The notes below the pieces were generated by a model. That model did no database searches. It was not told the DNA's origin and saw nothing but the letters and a program-made list of their open reading frames with translations. A DNA stretch of 48,348 bases from Vulcanimicrobiota bacterium (lineage in GTDB: Bacteria; Vulcanimicrobiota; Vulcanimicrobiia; Vulcanimicrobiales; Vulcanimicrobiaceae), in contig CAWAXX010000020.1 in NCBI GenBank assembly GCA_963786105.1, forward strand, positions 1 through 48,348, read 5' to 3'. Shown here one piece after another: positions 18,264 through 28,125 of the stretch. The stretch's first letter is position 1, and the number at the start of each line of letters is the position of its first letter. Position numbers and translations under genes: made by a program.

Positions 18264-19442
18264 TTAAGGAGCATTGCGGGCAGCGTCGAGCGCGAGGGCG
18301 GCCATCATCGCAACGCCGGTTGGCAGGCACGACTCGTCGAGGTCGAAGAGGCTCGAGTGATGCGGATGGTTGGTGTCGGGTCCGCCGCAGCAGCCGAGGG
18401 TGTAGAAACACGCCGGCACGCGCTCCGCGTAGAATGAGAAATCTTCGGCGCCCATGACCATTGTGGCCTCGACGACTCGTTCGTCTCCAAAGGTGACGCG
18501 AGCGAGATCTCGAGCGTAACGAGTTTGAGCGGCGTCGTTCGAGGTGACCGGATAGCGATCGAAATAGGCAAACTCGTAACTCGCTCCGGAAGCTTCGCAG
18601 CACGCGCGCAGCACTCGTTCGATTCTCTCGGACATCGCTTCACGAACGTCCTCTGAAAACGCCCGCACCGTCCCCAGCATTCGGCACGTGCGCGGAATTA
18701 CGTTATGGATGGTGCCGCCGTGAATCGCACCGATCGTCACGACCGCGGGCTCCAGGGGATCGATTTGCCTCGAGACCAACTGCTGGACCGACGTAATGAA
18801 GGCCGCTGCCGTGTAAATTGGATCGACGGCGTCGTGGGGCGCCGAACCGTGGCCGCCGACGCCGAGGACGTCGATTTCCACCGAGTCGCTGGACGCGTAG
18901 ATAGGGCCTTCGCGAAATCCCAACATGCCGCTGGGATACTTCGTGGAAAGGTGAAGGCCGTACGCGCGCTCGATGGGAAATCGCTCGAACAAGCCGTCGT
19001 CGAGCATCGCCTTTGCCCCGCCGGCGCCTTCCTCAGCCGGTTGGAAAACCAAGCACAAGGTCCCGGCGAGCTCGTCGCGCCGGTCGGCGATGAGGGCGGC
19101 CGCACCGAGGAGAATGGCGACGTGCCCATCGTGCCCGCACGCGTGCATCGTCCCTTCGGTCTGCGAGCGGTAGGGATGGTTTCGTTCCTCCGTGATTGGA
19201 AGCGCATCCATGTCGGCTCGCAGCATGATCGCGCGCCCCGGCTTCGTGCCCTCGAGCACACCGACGACCCCGGTTCTCCCGATTCCCTCGTGCACTTCGT
19301 ATCCGAGCCGCCGAAGCCGTTCGGCGACGATCGATGCGGTGCGGTGTTCCGCAAACGCCATTTCCGGGTGCATGTGAAGGTCGCGCCGGATCAGCACGAC
19401 GTCGTCGACCAGACGCTGCGATAACGAATTCGTGACAGCCAT
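18264..19442 (-). CDS. M20D-family amidohydrolase (hippurate hydrolase-like)
   Basis: RRDLHMHPE, LRADMDALP, MHACGHDGH, FQPAEE, GGHGSAPH, MGAEDF. Start ATG 19442 with GGAG. Confidence 0.93.
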   Translation of the reverse strand: MAVTNSLSQRLVDDVVLIRRDLHMHPEMAFAEHRTASIVAERLRRLGYEVHEGIGRTGVVGVLEGTKPGRAIMLRADMDALPITEERNHPYRSQTEGTMHACGHDGHVAILLGAAALIADRRDELAGTLCLVFQPAEEGAGGAKAMLDDGLFERFPIERAYGLHLSTKYPSGMLGFREGPIYASSDSVEIDVLGVGGHGSAPHDAVDPIYTAAAFITSVQQLVSRQIDPLEPAVVTIGAIHGGTIHNVIPRTCRMLGTVRAFSEDVREAMSERIERVLRACCEASGASYEFAYFDRYPVTSNDAAQTRYARDLARVTFGDERVVEATMVMGAEDFSFYAERVPACFYTLGCCGGPDTNHPHHSSLFDLDESCLPTGVAMMAALALDAARNAP

Positions 19443-19538
19443 ACTCCGGCGTGATTCGCCCCGCGGCAACCGGCGCCCCGGCAGGACTCATGGCTGCAAG
19501 GTCGCAGAAGCGGGCAGACGATCTCGGAGCGCAAACGC

Positions 19539-19994
19539 ATGAGCAAGGCCGGCCTCTTCAAGGAATACGCGTCGTACCACTCGGACTGGCGCAACAGGGC
19601 TTGTCATGCCTTTGGCATCCCGCTGATCGTCTTGGGGATTTTCGGTCTGGGGCACCTGGTGCGCCTCGGTCCGGCGATCGATCTAACGGCCGTGGCCGCC
19701 GTCGCCCTCCTCATCTATTACGCCGCGATCGACATGCGCGGCGCCCTGATCGCGCTGATCGTCTTTATCATTCTCTATTTCGTTGCGATTCGGCTGTCTT
19801 GGGAGGTGAGTCTCGGAGCTTTCATCATCGGATGGGGCTTCCAGTTCTTAGGCCACAAGCTCGAAGGTTCGAAGCCGAAGTTTTTCGAGAACCTGATCTA
19901 TCTATTGATCGGACCCTTGTACGTTTTCGAAGAAATCTTCGGCGGCATGGCAGCTATAACGTCTAAGGAGTTCTCTCTTCGTGTACGTAGATGA
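19539..19994 (+). CDS. DUF962/Mpo1-like membrane protein
   Basis: YASYH..NRACHAFGIP and GWGFQFLGHKLEG.KP.F...LLIGP motifs. Confidence 0.85.
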   Translation: MSKAGLFKEYASYHSDWRNRACHAFGIPLIVLGIFGLGHLVRLGPAIDLTAVAAVALLIYYAAIDMRGALIALIVFIILYFVAIRLSWEVSLGAFIIGWGFQFLGHKLEGSKPKFFENLIYLLIGPLYVFEEIFGGMAAITSKEFSLRVRR

Positions 19995-20298
19995 AAGCCT
20001 CAATTGTGTCGATTGCGGGCGCGAGTTCGTCTTCAGTTCCGGCGAACAGCGCTTTTACGAGCAAAAGGGTTTCCAAAACAAGCCCAATCGGTGTCCGGAT
20101 TGCCGTCAGGCGCGCAAAGCGATGCGCGCTAACAACCCCGGAGCGAGCGGTGACCGCGCAGGCGGCGCGCGTCCGCGCGAAATGTTCACTGCGACGTGCA
20201 GCCAGTGTGGCGGCGTCGCCGAGGTGCCGTTCAATCCACGCGGCGACAAGCCCGTCTATTGCCGAGACTGCTTCCAAGCACGTCCTTCTTTCAGCTAG
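19981..20298 (+). CDS. Double zinc-ribbon protein (zf-trcl plus CxxC-x17-CxxC domain)
   Basis: CVDC...GEQRFY..KGF.NKP.RCPDC and CSQC...VPF.P....PVYCRDC. AAGGAG SD, GTG start. Confidence 0.92.
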   Translation: MYVDESLNCVDCGREFVFSSGEQRFYEQKGFQNKPNRCPDCRQARKAMRANNPGASGDRAGGARPREMFTATCSQCGGVAEVPFNPRGDKPVYCRDCFQARPSFS

Positions 20299-21728
20299 GA
20301 AACCTCGACGCGGCGGGGCGTTACTACCGAAACCGCCACCATCACGAACGCGTTTGCGAGCAAGGCGGCGAACCCGGGGTTAACGCCCCAAAGCGAAATG
20401 CCGGAGACGGCAAAAACGATTACCAATGCGAGACCGGTGAGGATTCCGGACGCAGCGCCCCATACGTTCACGCGCGGCCACAAGAATGCGGCGGCAACGG
20501 CCGGCATGAACTGCGTAATGCCGTTATAGTAGATTAAGAGCAGCTCCACGATCGTGCGCTGCTCGACCAGCCAAAAGCCGAGCGCGAAGAAGGCGACGAC
20601 CACGACCGACGCGCGCGTTGCCGCCGTACGGGCCGCGTCGCTGGTGGCAATTCCGAAAGCGCCGAGCACGTTCTTGGAAAAGATACTCGCGGCGCCCAGC
20701 AGCAGCGCGCTGGCCGGGATGAGGGCGGCCAACGAACCGGCGGCGGCGACGAAGCCCATCACCCAGGGCGGGTAGTAACGCTGGACGACCAGGAGAAACG
20801 ATTGATCGACGGCCGGTCCGCGCAGTCCCGGGACGATCAACAAGGCCGACAGCCCGGCGAGGAATACTAGGAGCATCACGACTTGGTAAAGCGGTAACAG
20901 CATCGCGTTGCGGCGGAGAGTGTTTTCCGAACGCGCGCTGTAAATCGCGCTCATACTGTGCGGCCCCATGTAGAAGCCGATCGCGGTCAGCAGCACGGTC
21001 GAAACGTACCAGACGGTGCCGTGGTAGGCCGTGCCCGGCACCAGGGTCAGCAAGTGTGGATGCACCCGCAGCACCTGGTCGATTAACCGGGCGGGAGATC
21101 CAAAGAACTGCCGCGGAATGGCAATGCCGGCGAAGACTACCGCGCCGAGCACGAGCGTATCTTTGACGATGCTGGCCCAGGCGGTGCCGCGCAGACCGGC
21201 GCTAAAGACGAAGAGTGCGACGAGAATAAAGGCAACGCATACCGCGAACGTCGCGTCGAAAGTTCCGTAGCCGGCCAAGCGGAGCAGAAGCTGCAGACCG
21301 CTGAGCTGCAACGTCACGTACGGGACGACGATGACCAATTGAATCAGCGCCGACATGACTCCGAGCGCGCGGCTCGAGTAGCGGTCGGCGAGAAAATCCG
21401 GGCCGGTGAGCAACGATCGCTCTTTGCCGACTCGCCAGATCGCGGGCAACAGAAAATAGCCGATCACGTAGGCGCACGTGCCGTACGCGAAAATGTAGTA
21501 CGCCGGCGCCCCCATGCCGTACGCCCATCCTGCCATGCCGAGGAACGTGAAGCTGGTATAGATTTCGCCGGCCAGCAACACCCATAAGAAGACCGTGCCG
21601 AACGATCGCCCGCCTACGATGTACTGCTGCGGGTCCATTTTGACGCGGCGCACGCCGAATAGCGCCAGCCCGATCGTTCCGACGATCACCACGCCGACGA
21701 TGGTCAGCGCAACGAGGGCAGGGTTCAC
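20295..21728 (-). CDS. Sodium:solute symporter family transporter
   Basis: YIVGGRSFG, AGEIYTSFTFLG, many TM helices. GTG start at 21728 overlaps the upstream TGA. Confidence 0.92.
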   Translation of the reverse strand: MNPALVALTIVGVVIVGTIGLALFGVRRVKMDPQQYIVGGRSFGTVFLWVLLAGEIYTSFTFLGMAGWAYGMGAPAYYIFAYGTCAYVIGYFLLPAIWRVGKERSLLTGPDFLADRYSSRALGVMSALIQLVIVVPYVTLQLSGLQLLLRLAGYGTFDATFAVCVAFILVALFVFSAGLRGTAWASIVKDTLVLGAVVFAGIAIPRQFFGSPARLIDQVLRVHPHLLTLVPGTAYHGTVWYVSTVLLTAIGFYMGPHSMSAIYSARSENTLRRNAMLLPLYQVVMLLVFLAGLSALLIVPGLRGPAVDQSFLLVVQRYYPPWVMGFVAAAGSLAALIPASALLLGAASIFSKNVLGAFGIATSDAARTAATRASVVVVAFFALGFWLVEQRTIVELLLIYYNGITQFMPAVAAAFLWPRVNVWGAASGILTGLALVIVFAVSGISLWGVNPGFAALLANAFVMVAVSVVTPRRVEVS

Positions 21729-21910
21729 CAGCGGCGCTCGACGCGGCCGATCGACCAAACGAACGCCGGCGTGAGCAAGACCCACGCGACGATCCAAAAG
21801 AGCACGAAGGGCAATCCGAGGATGCGCGGTTCAACGCGGTTGACTAGCGGTACGGCCAGTGAGAGCGCTGCAATGGGAATCGCTGCGAGCAGGATCCGCA
21901 AAGAAACCAT
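21725..21910 (-). CDS. DUF3311 small membrane protein (SSS partner)
   Basis: NRVEPRILGLPFVLFW motif, directly upstream of the SSS gene. Confidence 0.88.
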   Translation of the reverse strand: MVSLRILLAAIPIAALSLAVPLVNRVEPRILGLPFVLFWIVAWVLLTPAFVWSIGRVERRW

Positions 21911-21935
21911 TACCTCGTAGTAGTATAGTGAGACC

Positions 21936-23471
21936 GTGGAACCCTACGCGCGAGCCAACGACTCGTACGACGCGATCGTCGTCGGCGCCGGTCATAACGG
22001 CCTCGCGTGCGCGGCGCTGCTTGCGAAGGCGGGCCGCTCCGTTGCGGTTTTCGAGCAGCGCTCGGCGATCGGCGGCGCTGCGGTCAGCGATACGCACGCG
22101 TGGCCCGGTTACACGCTGTCGGTGGCCGCCTACGTCTGCAGCCTGTTGGATCCGTGGCTCGTCGACGAACTCGACCTTCGAGCGCGCGGACTGGATTTCT
22201 ACCGCAAAGACCCGTACGCTTTTACGCCATTGCTTGATGGCCGTTCGCTGCTGCTCGGCAGCGACCGCTCCCAAAACGCCCGCGAAATCGCGGCATTCGA
22301 CGCCGGCGACGTCGCGGGCTTTGAAGCGTACGGCGACCGCTTGGAGCGTGCCGGCAGGGCGTTATTCGATTCGTTTTCCGATCCGGAACCCCAATTCGAG
22401 CGCTTCGACGAGGACACGCAAACCCTATTGCTGGGTTCGGCAGCCGACTTAGTGGAACGGTACGTCACGACGCCGGTACTGGCGGCCGAACTCGTCAACG
22501 ACGGCTTGATCGGCACCAACTTGGGACCACGCAATGCCGGAACCGGCTACGTGTTGGCGCATCACTTAGCCGGGCGCGTACTGGGCGTACAGGGCGCATG
22601 GGCGTTCGTCCGGGGCGGTATGGGTGCGGTGTCGCAATCGTTGGCCGACGCCGCCCGCGCACACGGGGCGCGGATTTTCGCCGATGCCGCCGTAGCGCGC
22701 ATCGTGACCTACGACGGTCGCGCGATTGCCGTCATGCTGGAGGACGGCCGTGAAGTCTCGGCGAGCGCGATCGCGTCGAACGCACATCCCTGCACGACAT
22801 TCTTCGATCTTCTCGACGCCGGGGGTTTGAATCGCTCGTTCGTCGATAAGGTCAAGAACTGGAAGAGCTGCGGCCCGTCGTTGAAGGTGAACTTGGCGTT
22901 AGGCGAGCTGCCGAACTTCACGTCGCGGCCCGGAACCACGCCGCAGCCGCACCACCGGGCCACAATTCATGTCGCCCCATCGATCGATTATCTGCAAAGG
23001 GCGTACGACGATGCCGTCGCGGGCGGCGAAAGCGACGAACCGCTGATCGAATGTTTTCTGCAAACGCCGACGGATCCGTCGCTCGCTCCGCCCGGGAAAC
23101 ACATCCTCTCGGTCTTCGCGCAGTATTTTCCGTACGATCGGCCGGACGGCTGGTCGCAGGCTAAGCGTGAGGCCGCGGCCGACAAAATCGTCGCCATACT
23201 CGGCCGGCTCGCGCCCAACGTTCCAAGTGCGATCGAGCATCGCCAGGTATTGTCACCCCCCGACCTCGAGCAACGCTTCGGGCTCGTGGGCGGTCACATC
23301 TTTCACGGCGAACTGCTTCCGGGCCAGATCTACGAGAATCGTTTCTCGACCCGGACGCCGATACGAAATCTATACCTTTGCGGCTCCGGGGCGCATCCGG
23401 GAGGCTGCGTTAGCGGCTTTCCCGGCAAGCGTGCGGCGGCGGCAATCCTGCACGACCTACTAATTCAATAG
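21936..23471 (+). CDS. Phytoene dehydrogenase-like FAD-dependent oxidoreductase (PYROXD2 type)
   Basis: VGAGHNGL, GGMGAVS, DPSLAPPGKH, GGHIFHG, LYLCGSGAHPGGCVSG. Confidence 0.9.
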   Translation: MEPYARANDSYDAIVVGAGHNGLACAALLAKAGRSVAVFEQRSAIGGAAVSDTHAWPGYTLSVAAYVCSLLDPWLVDELDLRARGLDFYRKDPYAFTPLLDGRSLLLGSDRSQNAREIAAFDAGDVAGFEAYGDRLERAGRALFDSFSDPEPQFERFDEDTQTLLLGSAADLVERYVTTPVLAAELVNDGLIGTNLGPRNAGTGYVLAHHLAGRVLGVQGAWAFVRGGMGAVSQSLADAARAHGARIFADAAVARIVTYDGRAIAVMLEDGREVSASAIASNAHPCTTFFDLLDAGGLNRSFVDKVKNWKSCGPSLKVNLALGELPNFTSRPGTTPQPHHRATIHVAPSIDYLQRAYDDAVAGGESDEPLIECFLQTPTDPSLAPPGKHILSVFAQYFPYDRPDGWSQAKREAAADKIVAILGRLAPNVPSAIEHRQVLSPPDLEQRFGLVGGHIFHGELLPGQIYENRFSTRTPIRNLYLCGSGAHPGGCVSGFPGKRAAAAILHDLLIQ

Positions 23472-23478
23472 GAGCGTT

Positions 23479-24141
23479 ATGGTGACCGGCAAGAGCAGTT
23501 TCATCGACCCTGTCGTTCAAGAATACGTCATCGAGCAGACGGTTCGAGAACACCCCGCGCTGGCGGAACTTCGGGTCGAAACGTCGCAGCGCAGCAATGC
23601 GATGATGGAAATCGGCCCCGAACAGGGCGCCTTCATGCAGCTCCTCGCGCGCGCGATCGGCGCGAAACGCTATTTGGAAGTCGGCGTGTTCACAGGGTAC
23701 TCCTCGCTGGCGATGGCGTTGGCCATGCCGCCGGACGGCCGAATCGTTGCATGCGACGTCAACGAAGAGTACACGGGGGTAGCACGGCGCTATTGGGAGC
23801 GCGCGAACGTGTCGCAGAAAATCGATTTGCGCATCGCACCGGCGGTGGAAACGCTGGCGGCGTTGATTGCATCGGGGGTCGAGCCATTCGACATGGCATT
23901 CATCGATGCCGATAAAGCCAACGTGGACAACTACTACGAGGCCGCGCTGCGCCTCGTGCGCCCCGGCGGCTTGATCTTGGTCGACAACGTTCTCTGGGGC
24001 GGCGCGGTGGCCGATCCCAAGATAGACGATCCCGACACCGCAGCGTTGCGCGCCCTCAATGCGAAGGCCGGGCGCGATGGTCGCGTCGACGTTTCGCTCG
24101 TTACCATCTGTGACGGTATCTTAATCGCTCGAAAGCACTAA
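23479..24141 (+). CDS. SAM-dependent O-methyltransferase (caffeoyl-CoA/COMT type)
   Basis: LEVGVFTGYS, FDMAFIDADK, DNVLWGG. AGGAG SD. Confidence 0.93.
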   Translation: MVTGKSSFIDPVVQEYVIEQTVREHPALAELRVETSQRSNAMMEIGPEQGAFMQLLARAIGAKRYLEVGVFTGYSSLAMALAMPPDGRIVACDVNEEYTGVARRYWERANVSQKIDLRIAPAVETLAALIASGVEPFDMAFIDADKANVDNYYEAALRLVRPGGLILVDNVLWGGAVADPKIDDPDTAALRALNAKAGRDGRVDVSLVTICDGILIARKH

Positions 24142-24158
24142 CTGACGGGTTGGCTTTG

Positions 24159-24179
24159 GCGCCCCCAAGTGGGGGGCGC
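24159..24179. terminator. GC-rich hairpin between convergent genes
   Basis: GCGCCCCC-AAGTG-GGGGGCGC with no adjacent U tract. Confidence 0.4.
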
Positions 24180-24201
24180 GGAGGCTGGGCCGCAGCGCCT
24201 T

Positions 24202-25020
24202 TTAGACTGAAAAGCAGAGGCGCCGATTCGGATAGTCGACGGCCAATGCGTGTACGTACGGCAGATTGGTTTCAACGATGCCGTTATGCCCGTCGGGGCG
24301 CTGAGACGAGGTGCAAAGCGGGATTTGGCTTAGCGGCAGGCCATCGAAGAGGCCGATCGTCACGCTGTATCCGCAGGCAAGTCCGGTGCCCGACGGCGCC
24401 GGCGGCAACATGCTTACGGCGCCGTTCCAGATCGCTCCCCCGCCGACCATTCCCGAGTCGAGGACGACGTCGTTCACCCACGCGCCGTCGACGAGAAGTC
24501 TGGCTATCGGTACCCGAGCCGCCAAGTCGACCGCTAGACAGCGCATCCGATCGAGTGTCGCGACCGTAGGAAAAAGCGTGACCTCTTGGCGATCGCGGTC
24601 GATGAGCGTTGGAATCTGCGCGAAAAAGTCGTAGCCGCAGAGCATGGTATTGCCACGAAGCTTGGACGAAATCAGTGCGGGCAGGTCGCGTATCGCGAAG
24701 CCGGCCACGTCAAGGCGTGCCAGGTGGGTGTTGGTGTCGGCGTAGCGCAACCCGTCGGGGGCAATTTCGTCGACCGGCGCTTCGGCGTTCAATCCAACGG
24801 ACTGTGCGAGCGATTGCGAGACCAGTATTGCCGACGTTCCGGTATCGAGGACGCATGCGTAGCGACGCCCGTTGACGTCGACGGGTATGGTCGCACGGCT
24901 CCTATCGAGGCCGCTGGCGAGGATAACCGGTGCGTGCGCCGATGCGGCGGCGCGCCCGAGCGCAGGACTGGTAATCCCGAGCAAAAGAACGAGGAGAGCC
25001 GCGTTTATCGTGGCCTTCAT
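24202..25020 (-). CDS. Secreted two-domain retropepsin-like aspartyl protease
   Basis: Signal peptide; VLDTGT and VLDSGM catalytic motifs; LCGYDFF wing motif. Confidence 0.8.
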   Translation of the reverse strand: MKATINAALLVLLLGITSPALGRAAASAHAPVILASGLDRSRATIPVDVNGRRYACVLDTGTSAILVSQSLAQSVGLNAEAPVDEIAPDGLRYADTNTHLARLDVAGFAIRDLPALISSKLRGNTMLCGYDFFAQIPTLIDRDRQEVTLFPTVATLDRMRCLAVDLAARVPIARLLVDGAWVNDVVLDSGMVGGGAIWNGAVSMLPPAPSGTGLACGYSVTIGLFDGLPLSQIPLCTSSQRPDGHNGIVETNLPYVHALAVDYPNRRLCFSV

Positions 25021-25071
25021 GCTCGCTCAGCATAGCGAGCGCGGGGGGACTCGTCGAGGCCTCTCATCTAA

Positions 25072-27351
25072 ATGTCATCAAATATGCGTATCACTTGCGT
25101 CGGCGGCGGTCCGGCGGGCCTGTATTTCGCCACCCTCGTCAAACGGCGTTTTCCCGACTGGCCGGTCAAGGTACTCGAGCGCAATCGCGCGCTCGATACG
25201 TTCGGGTGGGGCGTCGTTTTCTCCGACGCGACGCTCGACACGCTCCGCAAAGCCGACGAGCCGACGCACCGCGCCATCACGCAGGCGTTCGCTCACTGGG
25301 ACGATATCGATATTCACTTCAAGGGACACACGATCGTGTCGGGCGGACACGGGTTTTGCGGGATCTCGCGTAAACACTTGCTGGCGATTCTCCAAGAGCG
25401 CGCCGCGGATGTCGGCGTCGAGCTGCATTTTCAAGTCGACGTCGAGGACGTCGATGCCTACCGCGACTGCGATTTGCTGATCGGCGCCGATGGGATCAAC
25501 AGCCGAGTACGCAACGCCTATGCCGCCGCGTTCGAACCGAACCTCGACCGCCGGCTCTGCCGATTCGTCTGGTTCGGCACGACCCTGCCACTCGACGCCT
25601 TCACGTTCATCTTCGAGCGGACGGAGCACGGCTGGTTCACGGTCCACGCCTACCGCTTCGACCAGGAGCTGAGCACGTTTATCGTCGAGTGCCGCGAAGA
25701 GACGTGGCTGGCCCACGGGCTCGACCAAGCCGGGACGAACGAAACCGTCGCGTTCTGCGAGGGTTTGTTCGCGCCGTACCTGGACGGTCACGCCCTCATG
25801 ACGAATAGCGCGCACCTGCGGGGACGCGATTGGCTCAATTTCCTCCGCGTGAGCAACGAGCGATGGATTCACGAGAACGTCGTACTCTTGGGCGATGCCG
25901 CGCACACCGCACATTTTTCCGTTGGGTCCGGAACGAAGCTCGCCATGGAGGATGCGATCGCGTTGGCTGACGCGCTCGGCTCATCGGCCAGTCGACTCGA
26001 CCAAGCGCTGTCCGAGTACGAAGCGTTGCGCCGCGTGGAGGTGCTTAAATTGCAAAACGCCGCGCGGAACTCGACCGAGTGGTTCGAAAACGTCGCGCGG
26101 TACGCAAACCTTCCGCCGGAACAGTTCGCGTACAGCTTGCTGACGCGAAGTCAGCGTATCGGTCACGAAAACCTGCGCCTGCGCGATACAACCTATGTCG
26201 AGCGAATCGAGCGCTGGTTCGCAGGCGGGGCGCCCGTCCCGCCGATGTTCACGCCCTTTCGCTTGCGCAGCCTAGATCTGCGCAACCGCGTTGTCGTCTC
26301 TCCCATGGATATGTACAGCGCGGTCGACGGAATGCCCAACGATTTCCATCTCGTTCATCTCGGTTCGCGCGCACTCGGCGGTGCGGGCTTGATCTTTACC
26401 GAGATGACCTGTGTAACGCGCGACGGACGAATTTCCCCCGGCTGTACCGGCATGTACCTTCCCGAGCACCTAGCCGCGTGGAGGCGGATCGTCGATTTCG
26501 TTCACACGTACTCGGCGACGAAAATCTGCTTGCAGCTCGGTCACTCTGGACCGAAAGGCTCGACCAAGCTCATGTGGGACGGAATGGACGAGCCTCTGGA
26601 CGAGAAAAACTGGCCGGTAGTGGCGCCGTCGGCGATTGCCTACGCACCGATCAACCAGGTTCCTCGGGAGTTGACGCCGGGCGAAATGGCCGAGATTCGC
26701 GAGGCGTTCGTACGAGCCGCAAACATGGGCGCAGATGCAGGTTTCGACATGCTCGAGCTGCATTGCGCGCACGGATATTTGCTGTCGTCGTTTATCACGC
26801 CGTTGCGCAACCGGCGAACGGATGAGTACGGTGGTTCGCTCCGCAACCGGCTGCGCTACCCGCTAGATGTGTTCGGTGCGATGCGAGCCGTATGGCCCGC
26901 TGACAAGCCGATGTCGGTTCGCATCTCGGCAACGGATTGGGTCGATGGGGGTATCTCGGGCGACGACGCAGTTGCGATCGCGGCGGCGTTCAAAGAAGCG
27001 GGCGCCGACTTGATCGACGTGTCGACCGGGCAGACGTCGCCCGATGCAAAACCCGTCTACGGCCGGATGTTTCAGACGCCGTTTGCCGACAAGATTCGTA
27101 ACGAAATCGGTATCGCGACCATGGCCGTCGGCAACGTAACCGATGCCGATCAGGTCAACGCGATCCTGGCGGCCGGCCGCGCCGATCTGGTCGCGCTCGG
27201 CCGCCCGCATTTGGCGGATGCCGCCTGGACCCTTCATGCGGCCGCACAGCTCGGCTATATCGACGCGCCTTGGCCGGTGCAGTATCTTCCCGGCAAACAG
27301 CAGCTGGAACGGCTCATCGCGCGCGCACAGGAGCAAGCCGGTGTCATCTGA
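25072..27351 (+). CDS. abmA: Bifunctional 2-aminobenzoyl-CoA monooxygenase/reductase (salicylyl-CoA 5-hydroxylase family)
   Basis: [38 protein letters not shown] monooxygenase domain fused to an Old Yellow Enzyme domain ([21 protein letters not shown]). Start may be ATG 25084. Confidence 0.92.
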   Translation: MSSNMRITCVGGGPAGLYFATLVKRRFPDWPVKVLERNRALDTFGWGVVFSDATLDTLRKADEPTHRAITQAFAHWDDIDIHFKGHTIVSGGHGFCGISRKHLLAILQERAADVGVELHFQVDVEDVDAYRDCDLLIGADGINSRVRNAYAAAFEPNLDRRLCRFVWFGTTLPLDAFTFIFERTEHGWFTVHAYRFDQELSTFIVECREETWLAHGLDQAGTNETVAFCEGLFAPYLDGHALMTNSAHLRGRDWLNFLRVSNERWIHENVVLLGDAAHTAHFSVGSGTKLAMEDAIALADALGSSASRLDQALSEYEALRRVEVLKLQNAARNSTEWFENVARYANLPPEQFAYSLLTRSQRIGHENLRLRDTTYVERIERWFAGGAPVPPMFTPFRLRSLDLRNRVVVSPMDMYSAVDGMPNDFHLVHLGSRALGGAGLIFTEMTCVTRDGRISPGCTGMYLPEHLAAWRRIVDFVHTYSATKICLQLGHSGPKGSTKLMWDGMDEPLDEKNWPVVAPSAIAYAPINQVPRELTPGEMAEIREAFVRAANMGADAGFDMLELHCAHGYLLSSFITPLRNRRTDEYGGSLRNRLRYPLDVFGAMRAVWPADKPMSVRISATDWVDGGISGDDAVAIAAAFKEAGADLIDVSTGQTSPDAKPVYGRMFQTPFADKIRNEIGIATMAVGNVTDADQVNAILAAGRADLVALGRPHLADAAWTLHAAAQLGYIDAPWPVQYLPGKQQLERLIARAQEQAGVI

Positions 27352-28099
27352 GGACGGGTTCGAACTGCGCGGCAGGCACGCCGTCGTCACCGGCGGTGCG
27401 CGTGGAATAGGGTTGGGTATCGCTTCGCTGCTGGCCGATCGCGGCGCTCGCGTGAGCATCGTCAGCCGCTCGGTGCTGGAATCGCAGCACGATGCACGAT
27501 TGTTTCGCGCGACGGCCGACGTCACCATGGAAGATCAGGTCACCAGTGCCTTCAACGCTTGCCGAAAAGAAAACGGTGCGATCGAAATTCTCGTAAATAA
27601 TTCGGGAATCGCTGAATCGGCTCCGCTGACGCGCACGAGCGTCGCGATGTGGGATCAGATTCTGGCGACCAACCTTACCGGCACGTTCCTGTGCGCGCGC
27701 GAGGCGGCCGAGGACATGATCCTCGCAAAATGGGGCCGTATCGTCAATGTGGCGAGCACCGCCGGGCTCGGCGGAGCGCCGTATCTTGCGGCATATTGCG
27801 CGAGCAAGCACGGCGTCGTGGGGTTTACGCGCGCGATCGCGGCGGAGTTCGACGGTACCGGCATAACGGCGAACGCCGTTTGCCCCGGATACACCGAGAC
27901 CGACATGATGCGCAAAGCCATCGCGAACATCTCGAAGCACACGGGGGCCGGCGAGAGCGATGCGCGCGCGCGGCTGGCGCAATCGAATCCGCTGGGCCGC
28001 ATCGCAACGGTCGTCGAGGTTGCCGCCGCCGTGCTGGAGTTGGTGACGAGCGCGCGCAACGGGGACGCCGTTGTGATTCCAGGAGGCGCGATCGCGTAA
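27341..28099 (+). CDS. Short-chain dehydrogenase/reductase of the abm-like cluster
   Basis: [20 protein letters not shown] start at 27341 with AGGAG SD, overlapping the abmA end. Confidence 0.9.
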   Translation: MSSEDGFELRGRHAVVTGGARGIGLGIASLLADRGARVSIVSRSVLESQHDARLFRATADVTMEDQVTSAFNACRKENGAIEILVNNSGIAESAPLTRTSVAMWDQILATNLTGTFLCAREAAEDMILAKWGRIVNVASTAGLGGAPYLAAYCASKHGVVGFTRAIAAEFDGTGITANAVCPGYTETDMMRKAIANISKHTGAGESDARARLAQSNPLGRIATVVEVAAAVLELVTSARNGDAVVIPGGAIA

Positions 28100-28125
28100 G
28101 CGCCGGGTCTGCGCTGGAGCGACCG

